A DNA stretch of 62,895 nucleotides, the filler included. It is 5 parts of 5 records of this genome, joined end to end, with 100 filler letters (N's around TTAATTAATTAA, not from the genome) between each part and the next. Parts side by side here need not be neighbours in the genome. Positions count along the whole stretch, not along the records: positions 42,734 to 52,604 come from SRR7504441_2048; positions 52,705 to 62,895 come from SRR7504441_2049; 3 more parts are not named here. One strand, written 5' to 3'. A program made the position numbers and the translations under genes. The notes beneath the pieces were generated by a model that saw only the letters and a program-made list of their open reading frames with translations, ran no database searches and was not told where the DNA came from. Position 1 is the first letter of the stretch; the number at the start of each line of letters is the position of its first letter. Below are positions 49,387 through 60,332 of this stretch, in pieces.

Positions 49387-49656
49387 CGGCATTGTGTGCA
49401 GTTATAAATCATAGATCTAAGCGCGCTGCGTGTACACGCCTCCGTGCATTATACTTGCGAGTCCAACGACGAGAGAGCTCGAGCGGCTTGTAGGCTGATT
49501 TGTCTGATCTTGAACTGATTGCATCCGGAATCAGTGCTCATAACGCTCAACCTGTGTGCAAATGCATCGTTGTTGTGTGCAACTGCAAGCTGTAAGTACG
49601 ATATTTGTGATCCATTCAATTGTCAGATTCTAGACTAACCATAGCAATCCGAGCTC

Positions 49657-50807
49657 TCAGGGCCGCGGCGGTGAGCCATCGAGTTGCTTCATGATGGCAT
49701 CATACTCTTCACTCATGCTCCGCTCCTGCCACCGATCAGTCCGCCCCGGGGCCGCCTCCTCACCCGCTGCAGCCCCGCCGGCTCGCTCGACTCGGCCTGT
49801 TCACTACTCACCACTGGGGCTGACCCAACAGCCCCTTCGAGCTGCCTCCGATACCGCTCCACTATGGCCCAAATCTCCCCCGTTTCCGCCTGCGAATCAG
49901 CTCATCCGGCCGGCCCACTCGTCCGCACCCGGAGCGCCCCGGCCGCGCTCCACTCGGCTGCGTGCACCGCTGCGGCCAGGCTGCTCGGCTGGCTAGTGGC
50001 TGGCTGCTCCGGCTGAGGGACCAGCAGCCTCCTCACCCGAGCCTTCAGCTCCTCCGCCTCCAGCTGCCCGCCAGCTCCGCTCCTGCAGGGCGGCGTGCCG
50101 CACCTCCAGCTTGCGCAGCTCGGCTTCCGCCCTAGCCTCCTGACCCGTTCGAGCCTCCACCACGCGCTGGACACTCCTCAGCTCCAGACCACCCCAGCAA
50201 CAGACCTTGGCCCCGTCCCGGTCGCGCGTCAGCTTCCCGACCGCCGCGTTCGCCCCTTTCGTCGCTGCGTCCAGCTTGGCCGCAGCCGCCGCGTTTTCCC
50301 GAGCCGCCGCGGCCGCGCTGCCCCCTCAGGCTGAGCGGCGGGCGGCAGGCCGGCGGCACCGGTCCTCCTCCTTGTCCTTGGCCGTGGTGGCGGTCTCCAG
50401 CTCAGCGGCCAGCGCCTTGAGCGTGGCCTCCCTCTCCAGCCGCCCGGCCTGCCAGAGCTCGGCCGAGGCCAGCTGTCCCACACCTCCTCCTCGCGCAGCT
50501 TGACCAGGATCGCCTTGAGCGGCCTGAGCAGCGCCGCTGGCGAGCCGTCCACGATCGGCGGGAACCGGTGCACCTGCCCGCGCCGCTGGCCTGGGCTGGG
50601 CCGGGCCGGGGCCTCCAGGCTGTTGTTGATCCTAGTGAGGATCGCCGCCTCGTCGTGCTCCCCCGGTGGACAGACCGCCTGGGAGGCGTCAAACAGGGCG
50701 GCTGCCAGGGCGTCTTCGTCGTCCTCATCGAACGCGGCGTCGGCAGCCAGGTAGGCCTCCGGGAGCGGCTCCTGGGCCGGAGCCGCCCACCGGTTGAATG
50801 CAGGCAT
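49657..50807 (-). CDS. Hypothetical coiled-coil protein, multi-exon
   Basis: MPAFNRWAAPAQEPLPEAYL..., heptads REATLKALAAELETATTAKDKEE; final exon ...EEYDAIMKQLDGSPPRP*. Confidence 0.5.
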
Positions 50808-50876
50808 CTTCAACCTGTGTGAAAGGATTCCGTTGCAGCTGCCGGAGTGCGGCCAGCAGTCAGCACAGGGCCCGCG

Positions 50877-51654
50877 ATGCGGCGCCGGGCGCTGGTGGTG
50901 GGCAACTGCGGGTACTCGGGCCAGTGCCCGCCACACTTTTGCCCGCTGGGCGAGCAGGGCCAGACCGACGCGGCCGCGGTGGCCGAGGCGCTCGAGTGCT
51001 GTCAGTTCGAGGTGTCGTTGCTCGCCGACGCATCCGACAGCCAAATGCGGGCCGCAATCTCCCGGCTGGCCGACAGCACCGGCCCGGGCGAGCTGGCGCT
51101 GATCTTCTTCGGCGGACACGCGATTGCACACGCGGGCGAACAACTACTGTTCGGGGTGCGGGCTGATCTAGGCCCCGGGCAGGCCGGGGTGCCGGTGGGT
51201 ACACTCGGCCGGCTCTTCTGCCCGGAAGCGACTCTGCTCGTGTTTGTGGACGCCTGCCGCAACCAGTGCGCCGCCACTCGCCCGGCCGGTCGAAGCGCGG
51301 GCCAGGTACGAGGAGGGTAAAGACGACAGCGAGCGAGGCCAACTGCAGGACGGCTTCTTTGGGACGCTGAGACGGGAGAACCCGCCCGATCGGCCGGGCT
51401 GCCCGCAGCTGGTCTCGTGGTCCACCCAGCCCGGCGAGACAGTGCCGGACGGGGAGCCGTGCAGCCATTCGCCGTACGTAGCGGGGCTGCTTAACGGGAT
51501 GGAGGACGGCCTGCGGCTGCCCGCGCTGCTCGAGACTGTCTGCGAGGACGTGCAGTTGCGCACGCGTGGGGCGCAGACGCCGTGCGTGGATGACATAAGC
51601 GGGTTATTAGTAGTTGGCGCGGTAGCCCATGGGTTTGTATTTTTCGAAGGATGA
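50877..51654 (+). CDS. Stand-alone caspase-like peptidase (C14, paracaspase/orthocaspase type)
   Basis: RRALVVGNCGY, DAAAVAEAL, FFGGHA (His), VFVDACRN (Cys), VSWSTQPGETVPDG..SPYVAGLL, VCEDVQLRTRGAQTP. Intron at about 51266-51305. Confidence 0.82.
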
Positions 51655-51822
51655 TTTAAATAAGTACTTGCATTCATTGCACGGTTGCAACCAGATAATC
51701 TGATTGCAATGATCAAAACGGATACAAAATTGACACACTATTGCTACGGCACACTGCAGCACGGCATAGCGCATAGGACCGGCCCTCGGTAGGATGGGCA
51801 AGCCAGCCTCGCAGCCCGCACT

Positions 51823-52604
51823 TCACTTGGCACGGATCCGGCGCAGAATCCCGTAGGCCGCAATCAAGAGTCCGAGCGCCGCTGAGAAGAAAAGCATCTT
51901 GTTCGACTTGAAGCTCTCAACCAGCTGCGACTCCGGCGGCTCGGCGTCCGACAGACAGGCCACGCCCGGCAGCACTTTGCCCTCCAGCAGCTCCAGACTG
52001 GCCCCGCCTCCAGTGCTGATATGACTAACCTTGTCTGCAAATCCAAAGTCGATCGCTGCAGTGGCCGTATCGCCTCCCCCGATGATCGTCAACGCAGACT
52101 TCTGTGCCGTCACATCTACCTCCGCGTGAGTAGCAGGCCAGGCCGCGCGCTCACCGGCCACGGCCTGCAACAACTGACGGGTGCCTTCAGCATATGGTGG
52201 CATCTCGAAAACACCCATCGGGCCTGCCCCCTGAATCACGCCAGCTCGATCGGGCGGTGAGCACCGTTCCACACGACGGTCTGCGCATTCATCACCACCG
52301 CCCTGAACGCCCTGACCGAGTCCGGGCCGACGTCCAGGCCCATCCACCTGCACCCGCTGTTTATTAGCTGGTCACACAGGCACTCACCCGTCAGGGACGC
52401 CCTCGTCGTTGGTGTAAATCTTGGTGGCTGGGACAGCCGTCTTGTCAAACGCGGTCCGCTTGTCGGCGCAGACCGAGTCTTTCGGCAGATGGATCTTGAC
52501 TCCTGCCGGCCAGTACCATCAGCACGCACAGCGGCTATATGGGCGCTGCAAGCAATGAGCAAACATTAGTAAGTAGGATCAGTCAGGGGGGCGCTCTCAG
52601 CGGC
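51823..52604 (-). CDS. PGK: Phosphoglycerate kinase, 3' part, with C-terminal transmembrane tail
   Basis: [53 protein letters not shown], then extension [25 protein letters not shown]. Confidence 0.93.
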
Positions 52605-52704
52605 NNNNNNNNNNNNNNNNNNNNNNNNNNNNNNNNNNNNNNNNNNNNTTAATTAATTAANNNNNNNNNNNNNNNNNNNNNNNNNNNNNNNNNNNNNNNN
52701 NNNN
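52605..52704. other. Artificial contig linker
   Basis: N-run, TTAATTAATTAA, N-run. Confidence 0.97.
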
Positions 52705-55700
52705 GATAGTCCTGGGTTCTCCTCGGTCAGACATTTGCTACGCCTAGGATCAGCGCACCTGATTGATGCTGAAGAGGATGAGCTCAAACAGTGCATACCC
52801 CAAACAGAAGCACGGCGAAATGAGATAAATCTTCTTGAGCACTTCATTGACATCCTTGGTAGCATCAAACAGGCTCATGATAAAGCTGGCCAGCATGAGG
52901 ATGATGCCGCAGAAGATGTTGAACACTAGCACAATAACAGTAGCATTGGAATACTCCGAGAAGAAGAAGCCGCTGCAGTAGCTATACGGGATCACAGACA
53001 ACCCGAACAGGAGCACAATGAAAAGGAGCGCCTCGGTATTGCGTGCCAATGCCTGTACATTGAAAGCCTGGACCAGCCCAACCAGCAAGAATGCCGGAAT
53101 CAGATAGACTGCAAAGTCAAAGAGGTAGGATGCGCAGTAATACGCCGTGGATCTCACCCCAGAAACCCTCTGAATGTGCATTGTTTTGCTCTGCCGCTCT
53201 CGTACAACGAATGAGACACAGCTTGCTGGGATGAAACAGAAGCCCAAGGTAATGAGCAGCACTATCAGCAGCGACACGACCAACTGCACAGTCTCTTTCT
53301 CGCCTGGAGTGAGTGGCCATGGATGAGCAACGACGCTAAGGCTGGTCCCGACTTGCTGTAAGACACCATTGCTCCACAGGTCAAATCCCATGGGCAGTGC
53401 GTGTTGTGCTGCTGAATTGTGGAGGAGCGTTGCATTGTGGTAAGTTTGCGAACTGTCTGTGATTACAGCTCCATAGTACCATTTGAACTTGTTCTTTTGC
53501 TGCTCCAATGCGTGCTCGATGATATTATCAACAAGATCGAGATCCTTGACAGCCGTAGTGTTACAAGAGCGACGCACCGAGGTGCTGGTTGGCAACGTCC
53601 CAAACAGCGAGCCAAACAAAGCGCTCCCGATTTCCACTCCCACTGTTACAGGAGGGCCTGATATGTTTGCCGTGCAGGAATCGAATGCTCTGGGAGGCTG
53701 TGCCATCGATTCGGCAGCTTCTTCGAAGTTGATCTGACAGCCTGGATAACTGAAACCATTGATGGAGCCGCGAGTCTGCAGTACGCGTGCCGGTGAAGCA
53801 AGCCGGCAGCCGCTCATTGCAAGGGCCGGCTGGTCCAGATCCGTGAAGAGGATGTAAAAAACTAGCCCAAGGACCACTGACAGTACTGGAATGAGCGTAC
53901 CGAGGCACAATGAGCGTAAATCACGGGTACAGTACTTGAGCTTCTTGTATAAAATCGCGTTGGAGTGCGTCGCACAAGAAACAGAGTCGCTGCCAGGAGC
54001 CCTTTCGAAGTCATTTCCCGCCACCTCAAGCCTCAAGGGTGTGTCCTCTGTCGTCTGTTTTGTTTCAACAGTCTCCGGGTCGTCCGGTGCTTCCACGAAT
54101 GGCTTCTTTGGGGGGGCATTTTCAGTAGCAGGCGGGTCCTGAGCGTCGGAGGCAATTTGAAGGAAAACCTGTTCCATAGAGGTGACAGCAAGCCCATAGT
54201 CACGAATCCGGAGTTCGCTGCGGCGCTTCTCGAAATGTGCAAATAGGTCGACCAGGTGTGGATTGCTATCGAGAGGAAGGTGATAAACTAGCTCCGCTCC
54301 GGCCATTGACAGAACATGAGCACCTATCAGGGGCTCTCAGGCTAATTCCATGTCAAGAATATTCGACCTGCACCAACAATCTTGGGAACTGCATTGCCCA
54401 TAGATTGCCCAAGCTGTTCGGCCGATATATCGTCTGCGACTATTGTGAGTGTATAGCCAACACCAAACCGAGATTTCAAGAACAGAGATGAGCCACAACA
54501 CCTGAAACTGAGTTGGGCGAATTGCCACAGTTAAGGATGAGTCACCGGAGGCGCCCATGCGATAGAATGGCAATACGATCGCCCAGCACATCTGCCTCGT
54601 CCATGAAATGAGTAGTGAGCACCTAGTTCAGCAGGTCATCTCGAGCCAGGCGGAAGTTTCAGCACCAGTGTTCTGCCAGCTCTCGAAGCCCTGTCACAAG
54701 ACAAACCTGGTCAACACCGGGAACACAAGTAGCAAAATCTTGCCTGAGCAGGTCCCAGAGATGCCGCCTTGCCCCTGGGTCCATGCCTGTTTCAGCCCCA
54801 TCATCAGAGCGAGGAGGTGCAGCCTCGATGTTACCGCTCGAGGGCTCATCCAGGAAGGCAGTCTTTGAGCCGCCGATCAGTGCAATGCCCACACTCAGTT
54901 TGCGCTTCATGCCTCCCGATAGCGCAAATGCCTGAACACTACGTTTCGGCACTAGGTCTACGTCCTGAATAATCTGGTTGATCTCTTCTTTTATGCAAAG
55001 GGCAGGAACTCCCTTCAGGGTCGCATAGAGCCACAAGTGTTCCTACACAATCACACTTACGATTGAACCGCCGCTCAGGCACCTCCACAGTCAAATGATT
55101 GAATAAGACGTCATGCTGAGGGCATACACCGAGCGAGTCACGCACCCGGTCCAATTCGGAGCTAATTGAGTAGCCAGCGACAGTAGCTTCGCCACTGGTT
55201 GGCGGGAGCACTCCAATCAGCATTGAGATGGTGGTTGATTTGCCAGCGCCGTTGTGACCCAGGAAAACAGTGATATGTCCCTCGCAGAATTCCAGCGACA
55301 GTGAAGCCACAGCGACCTGCCACAAAATATGTCAATGAAGCTTTGATAGAGAGACATGCCCTCAGGGCTTCACCTTTGGGCCATCAGGAGTAGGGAAGAC
55401 CTTGCGAAGTCCACGAATCTGAACACCGCTGTCACCAATCTCGGTAGAACATGGTTCAATGTCTGCTGAATTGACCATACCTGGCCCAACACTGGTACCA
55501 GATACAATCCTGCCAGTACCTTCCTCTTCCTCCAGTGGATGAACATTGATGTCCGAGCTTATACTTTGGGGGCACCAGTATGACCGTGTAAAGAGAAACC
55601 ACGGCTTTAACGGCACACCCTGATCTTGTGGCACTACAAGATCAAAATACCAAGCCAGGAATGCATAAAGGAAAACATCAACCAACAGGACCAGCAGCAG

Positions 55701-57521
55701 CGCCCTGCCAATCTGATCAGCCAGTGCGCTAGCTGCCTGGCCACCCAAAGGAGGCATCTGACTCATCCGCGCTGGTATCACCTAGCGAGTTCCAAGAAAG
55801 TCCAATTCCGGCGCTCTCAGCCTGTGCAAGCACTCCAAAAGCCATAGCAAATCCGGCCGGAGAAATCAGAGCGAGCGCAAGCTGCTGCGATTTATGTGTA
55901 AAAGCGGCAGTGGCCAATGTCGGAAAATAGAGCGTCAAATAGGCCACCATGGAGAAAGTGGACGCAACACTGCCTCGCGAGAAAAAGATGGATACCACAG
56001 ATGAGAATTGGAGCAGAGTCATAAGGAACACCAGCCACATGATGAAAATCAGCGAGATATCTGAGTGCGCAAACAAAGCATGCGGCCCCAAGCAGCAGAC
56101 AGCGGTGAGTGCGATGGTCATAACTGCACCGGCCGGTCAGATCAAGCTGTAGCCCAGCTGCAGCCTCACCGAGGTAGATGATCGAGTATGTAGCCCACCA
56201 GTGCAACCAGTACACCCACCCGCTGCCCCACGCTCAGCACGCTCCCTCAGCCCTCCAGCACCGGAGACCCATCATGTGCAGCCCTTCCCGGAGTTTGAGT
56301 TCTTTCTCGAGCACCACGGCCTTGGAGAGCTGGGCCCAGTCCCAGTAAGCAGCCTAGCCCTACCCCAGGGTGCACCTGCCCGACTGCTAGCACGAAGAAA
56401 GCCAGAACCAGGAATTGAGTGAATTGCGCCTTCAGCACCTGCTCCAAGAACGAGTCCTCTGTGAAGCCTGGCGCCGGGAACGCTTTATACGAAAAGCTCG
56501 ACGCCCGCCGGCCGTGACCGCCCGCATTTTGATAAGCGAAATCGGCTCCGATGCTCTGCAGGGCGGTGAACCCCGCACACACGTAGCTCTTCCAGTCGTG
56601 CCGTATGCCGGTCGAGAACGGTCTTCGCAGGAACTTCGTAGAAGGCAGTGTGGTGCCGCATGGGGTGCTCAGCGAGGCCTGGCCGGCGCCTGCAAGCGAG
56701 GACGAGTTCATCCGTATAGTAATCTGCAGCCCGGTCTGCTTGGAACCGTCCGAATCAAGCACTACGCCGGCGTACTGGCAGCCGAGCGTCACTCCGGCGT
56801 ACTTGATGCAATTCCGGCCGGCCACCTGCTTGATGTGCTTCCACATCGCATCTTCGGACGCAAAAACAGCCGAACTCGCGCCGGCGTCACACAGCTGCCC
56901 GAGCGAGTGCTTGTAGCTGGCGGGCACACTGGCCGGGAGCAGCGCTCCGAACTTGCGGACCAGAGAGTCAAACTGGTCTTGGGAGACGCTCGCACAGCTC
57001 AGCTGGTCCAGTGATGGTGCCAGCCCAGGGGCCACCGTCTGGGCCAGCTCGGCCACCACTGTGATGTAAATACACCGGCAGAGCGCCTGTGCGGCCGGCA
57101 GCAGCTCCGGTCGGCTGGGAGCCAGCACGATCCTGGAGGCCTCGGCCGGCTGGAGTGCAGTCACTCGGGGTCCGTTGGGCAACGGCCATTGTCCAGCCGG
57201 CACCGGGGCGTAGAAGGCGAGGAAGCTGGTCTGCGAGAAGTTGCCAGCCGTGTCGAGCAGTCCGGAGTTGATCTGATGCGATTCATGCTTGCCGACCACG
57301 CCGTGCAGAACGACCAGCAGCCCGAAGAATCCCACCGGCAGCCCGAGCTCGAATAGAAACCCCACCGGGTGCCGCCGCTTGAGTTGCCAGTTCTTCCAGA
57401 GCAGCACCCACAGCTGCGTCCACGGCCCCGCCCGCTGCCGCTCACCGGTGCCAGCCGGCTGTCCGGAGATCAGCGGCTCACTGGTCGACGTCCTAGACCG
57501 GTACACACCCTCTCCGCTCAT
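52705..57521 (-). CDS. ABC transporter subfamily A (full-size), 3'-truncated
   Basis: [35 protein letters not shown], Walker [52 protein letters not shown], second [21 protein letters not shown]. Confidence 0.93.
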
Positions 57522-57656
57522 CGCCAGCAAAGGCTTCCGCTCAGGATCAGCACAATAATGCCCGGCCAGCACAATGCCCGGCCGCCTTTGCGCAGTGTGA
57601 CTTGACCAACACAACGGATTTGCTGCGAGGATCTGGCGGAGAAGGCCTTTGCTGGG

Positions 57657-58407
57657 ATGGGCGGAGAGGGTGACGCCGTGCTGTGGGCGCGGGACGAGGA
57701 CGCCCAGCGGACTGTGGCCGGAGTCCACCCGCCCGACAGCTCTGGCAGCCTGGGCCAGAGCGCACGGGCGCCGGTGATGACCTCCGGTTTCCACCACATC
57801 GCACTGGTGTGTAAGGACATGGAGGCTACAATCAAGTTCTACGAGGGCGCGCTCGGGATGAAGCTGCGGGCGGTGTACCCAATGCACGGCATCCGAGGGG
57901 CCAAGCACTGCTTCCTGGAGGCCGGGAACGGCAACGAAATCAGCTTCGTCCAGTTCACCGAGCCGCTGCCCAGCCGCAACCCGGCCTCGTTCTTTACCGT
58001 CTGGCCGGAGGCCTCGCACCACCACATGGCCTACCGGTGCGAGACCCTGGAACAGCTGCACAAGATCCGCAGCCAGATCAAAGCTTTCGGGGTGCCGGTG
58101 AGCAAGGTGCGGCCCAAGCGGCGGCTGCGGGCCGGAGCGGGCGCAGGTTATAGATCACGACTTTATCAAATCGTGCTACTTCACAGACCCAAACGGGTTC
58201 AACCTTGAGCTCACCTGCACCTACCGGCAGTACACTAGGCTCGAGTACCAGCCGGTCGGCTGCCGGACTCGTAGCGTGCCTGACGGGCGCTGTTTGCAGG
58301 AGATTATCTATAGGAAGCTACGACCGGACGAGAACGACCACGCGGAGTCGGACAATCATGGCAAGAATGTGGCCAAGCCGGACCGAAACATCGGCTCGAA
58401 GTTGTGA
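57657..58407 (+). CDS. VOC/glyoxalase family protein with C-terminal PTS1 (-SKL)
   Basis: GFHHIALVCKDMEATIKFY, HHHMAY, spliced VIDHDFIKSCYFTDPNGFNLEL; last exon ends DRNIGSKL* (58407). Confidence 0.82.
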
Positions 58408-58676
58408 CCGGCATCCTAGGTGCAGGCATCATCACAACTAGTACCGGCAATATTGAGCACTGTACATGACATTGTACGAGTACGGTACCGGCATGAACTC
58501 TCATAGTAAGCATGCTCCATTAGCTACAACACAATACCTAAATAATATTTCTATATTTTTAATACTCTACCAAACATTGTGTCGAGCTCGGCGCGCGTGC
58601 ACCTCAAAATAATACTTGTAATTAATGTGCTCGTGTAAGTACTCCGGAGACTTGAAAACCGTCAGGCTCGGCTGGC

Positions 58677-60281
58677 TTACACGGTCCCGGTGGCGACGAT
58701 CGACACCCTAAGCTTGCCATCCAGAGCCGGGTCCATTGCCGAGCCAAAGATGATGTTGACCTCAGGCGACAGCCCCGACTTGTCTTTGTCGCCCTCAACC
58801 TGAGCCCTCACCGTGTTCGCCGCCTCATCCACGTCGAAGAGTGTCATGTCGCTCCCACCAGTGATATTGATCAGCAGGCCCTGACCAACCCGTCAACCAC
58901 CCCCCACCGGCCGGCCACCTTGGCGGAGGCGAAGCCGTGGTTCTCGAGCAACGGGTTGTGCAGGGCCATCAGCGCTGCGTCGGTCGCCCGGGTCTCTCCC
59001 TCTGCCTCCCCGGTGCCCATCATGGCCCGACCCATTCCTTTCATCACAGTCTGGCCGCCCGCTCGAGCCGTCGCCCGGCCGGCGGGGCACCTGCACGTCC
59101 GCAAAGTCCAAATTGATCAGACCTGGGTTGACCATGAGATCAGTTATCGAACGCACGCCTTGGTGCAATACGTCGTCAGCCATCTGCGCCCAATCCACAC
59201 CGGCCGCCGTCGGAGCGGCACCTGGAAGGCGTTGGCAAAGGTGGTGCTGGCGTTGGCCATCTGGAACAGGTTTTGGTTGGGTATGACAATGAGTGTGTCG
59301 ACATATTGCTCCAGGTCGGCGAGCCCAGATTCAGCCAGCCTCATCCGCTGCGCGCCTGGCAGCACAATTTGACGACCGGTGGACAGGCCGGGCACCTTCG
59401 AAGTTGAAGGGCTTGGTCACCACCGCCACGGTTAGGATTCCAAGTTCGCGTGCGCGGCGTGCAATCACAGGGCTAAAACGGACTCAGGCAACAGCGCAGG
59501 CCAAGAGCGGACCTAGCCCCGGTGCCGGTGCCACCGCCCATCCCGGCGGTGAGGAAGAGCATGTTAGGGCTGCCTTGCGCAATCTCGTCCAGCACTTCGA
59601 ACACGTCGTCTGCTGAAGACTCGGCCGAGCGGCGGCTGCAACCCCACTGCTGAGGGCCCTGCCTGGATCTCGAGCGCACCCGTAGTCCGGCTTGGCGCCG
59701 GCACCCAGACCGGTGTCCCCGAGCAGCACGCGGTTCCTAGGGCGGCACACTCAGCGCTGCCTGCCGGGCCGGGGCACTCGCAGACGGAGGACATGAGCGC
59801 TTGCGCGTCCGTGTTGCACACCATGAACTCCACGCCCTCCAGCCCGGCGGTCACCATGTTGTTCACTGCCACAGCCGGTCAGCCCGTCGACCCGGGTGAT
59901 CGCACCGGCGTTGGCGCCGGCGCCGCCGAGGCCGACCAGCGCGATCTTGGGGGTGAGGTGATCGAACATCTGGTCCATGTTCTTCCGGCGGGTGTCGACC
60001 ACTGGCGCCGGCGTGGCTTCAGCGGGCTTAGCCGCCGCGGACTCGGCCTGGCCGCCCACTCGCCCCCCCGGCGCGATTGGGACGGCACCGGCACGGCGGC
60101 GGCGGCAGGGGCCGCGTGCACAGTGGAATAGGCTGCGAGCGACCAGGGTCAGCCGGCAGGCCAGCGTGTCGGGGCGCGCACCACGGCGGAACTGTGGCCG
60201 AAGGAAGGTTTGCGCAAGTCGTCGAGCCTGAACCCGCCGCCGTCAGCCTCACGCATTCAAAAGGAGGGAGCACACCGCCAT
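58677..60281 (-). CDS. ftsZ: Mitochondrial FtsZ, short form lacking the C-terminal tail; about 10 introns
   Basis: Spliced presequence [85 protein letters not shown]; ends [11 protein letters not shown]. Confidence 0.93.
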
Positions 60282-60332
60282 GGTTGTTTGAAAATCAACG
60301 GATTCCAGGCCTGGGGTTCGGATTAGAATCGG

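Noticed and set aside
17093-52704. Four identical TTAATTAATTAA palindromes within N-runs
   Set aside because: Artificial six-frame-stop linkers joining contigs; gene adjacency across them is meaningless.
57522-58061. Long N-terminal extension of the ABCA ORF (56247-58061)
   Set aside because: Antisense shadow of the VOC gene in GC-rich DNA; the ABCA-like sequence starts at ATG 57521.
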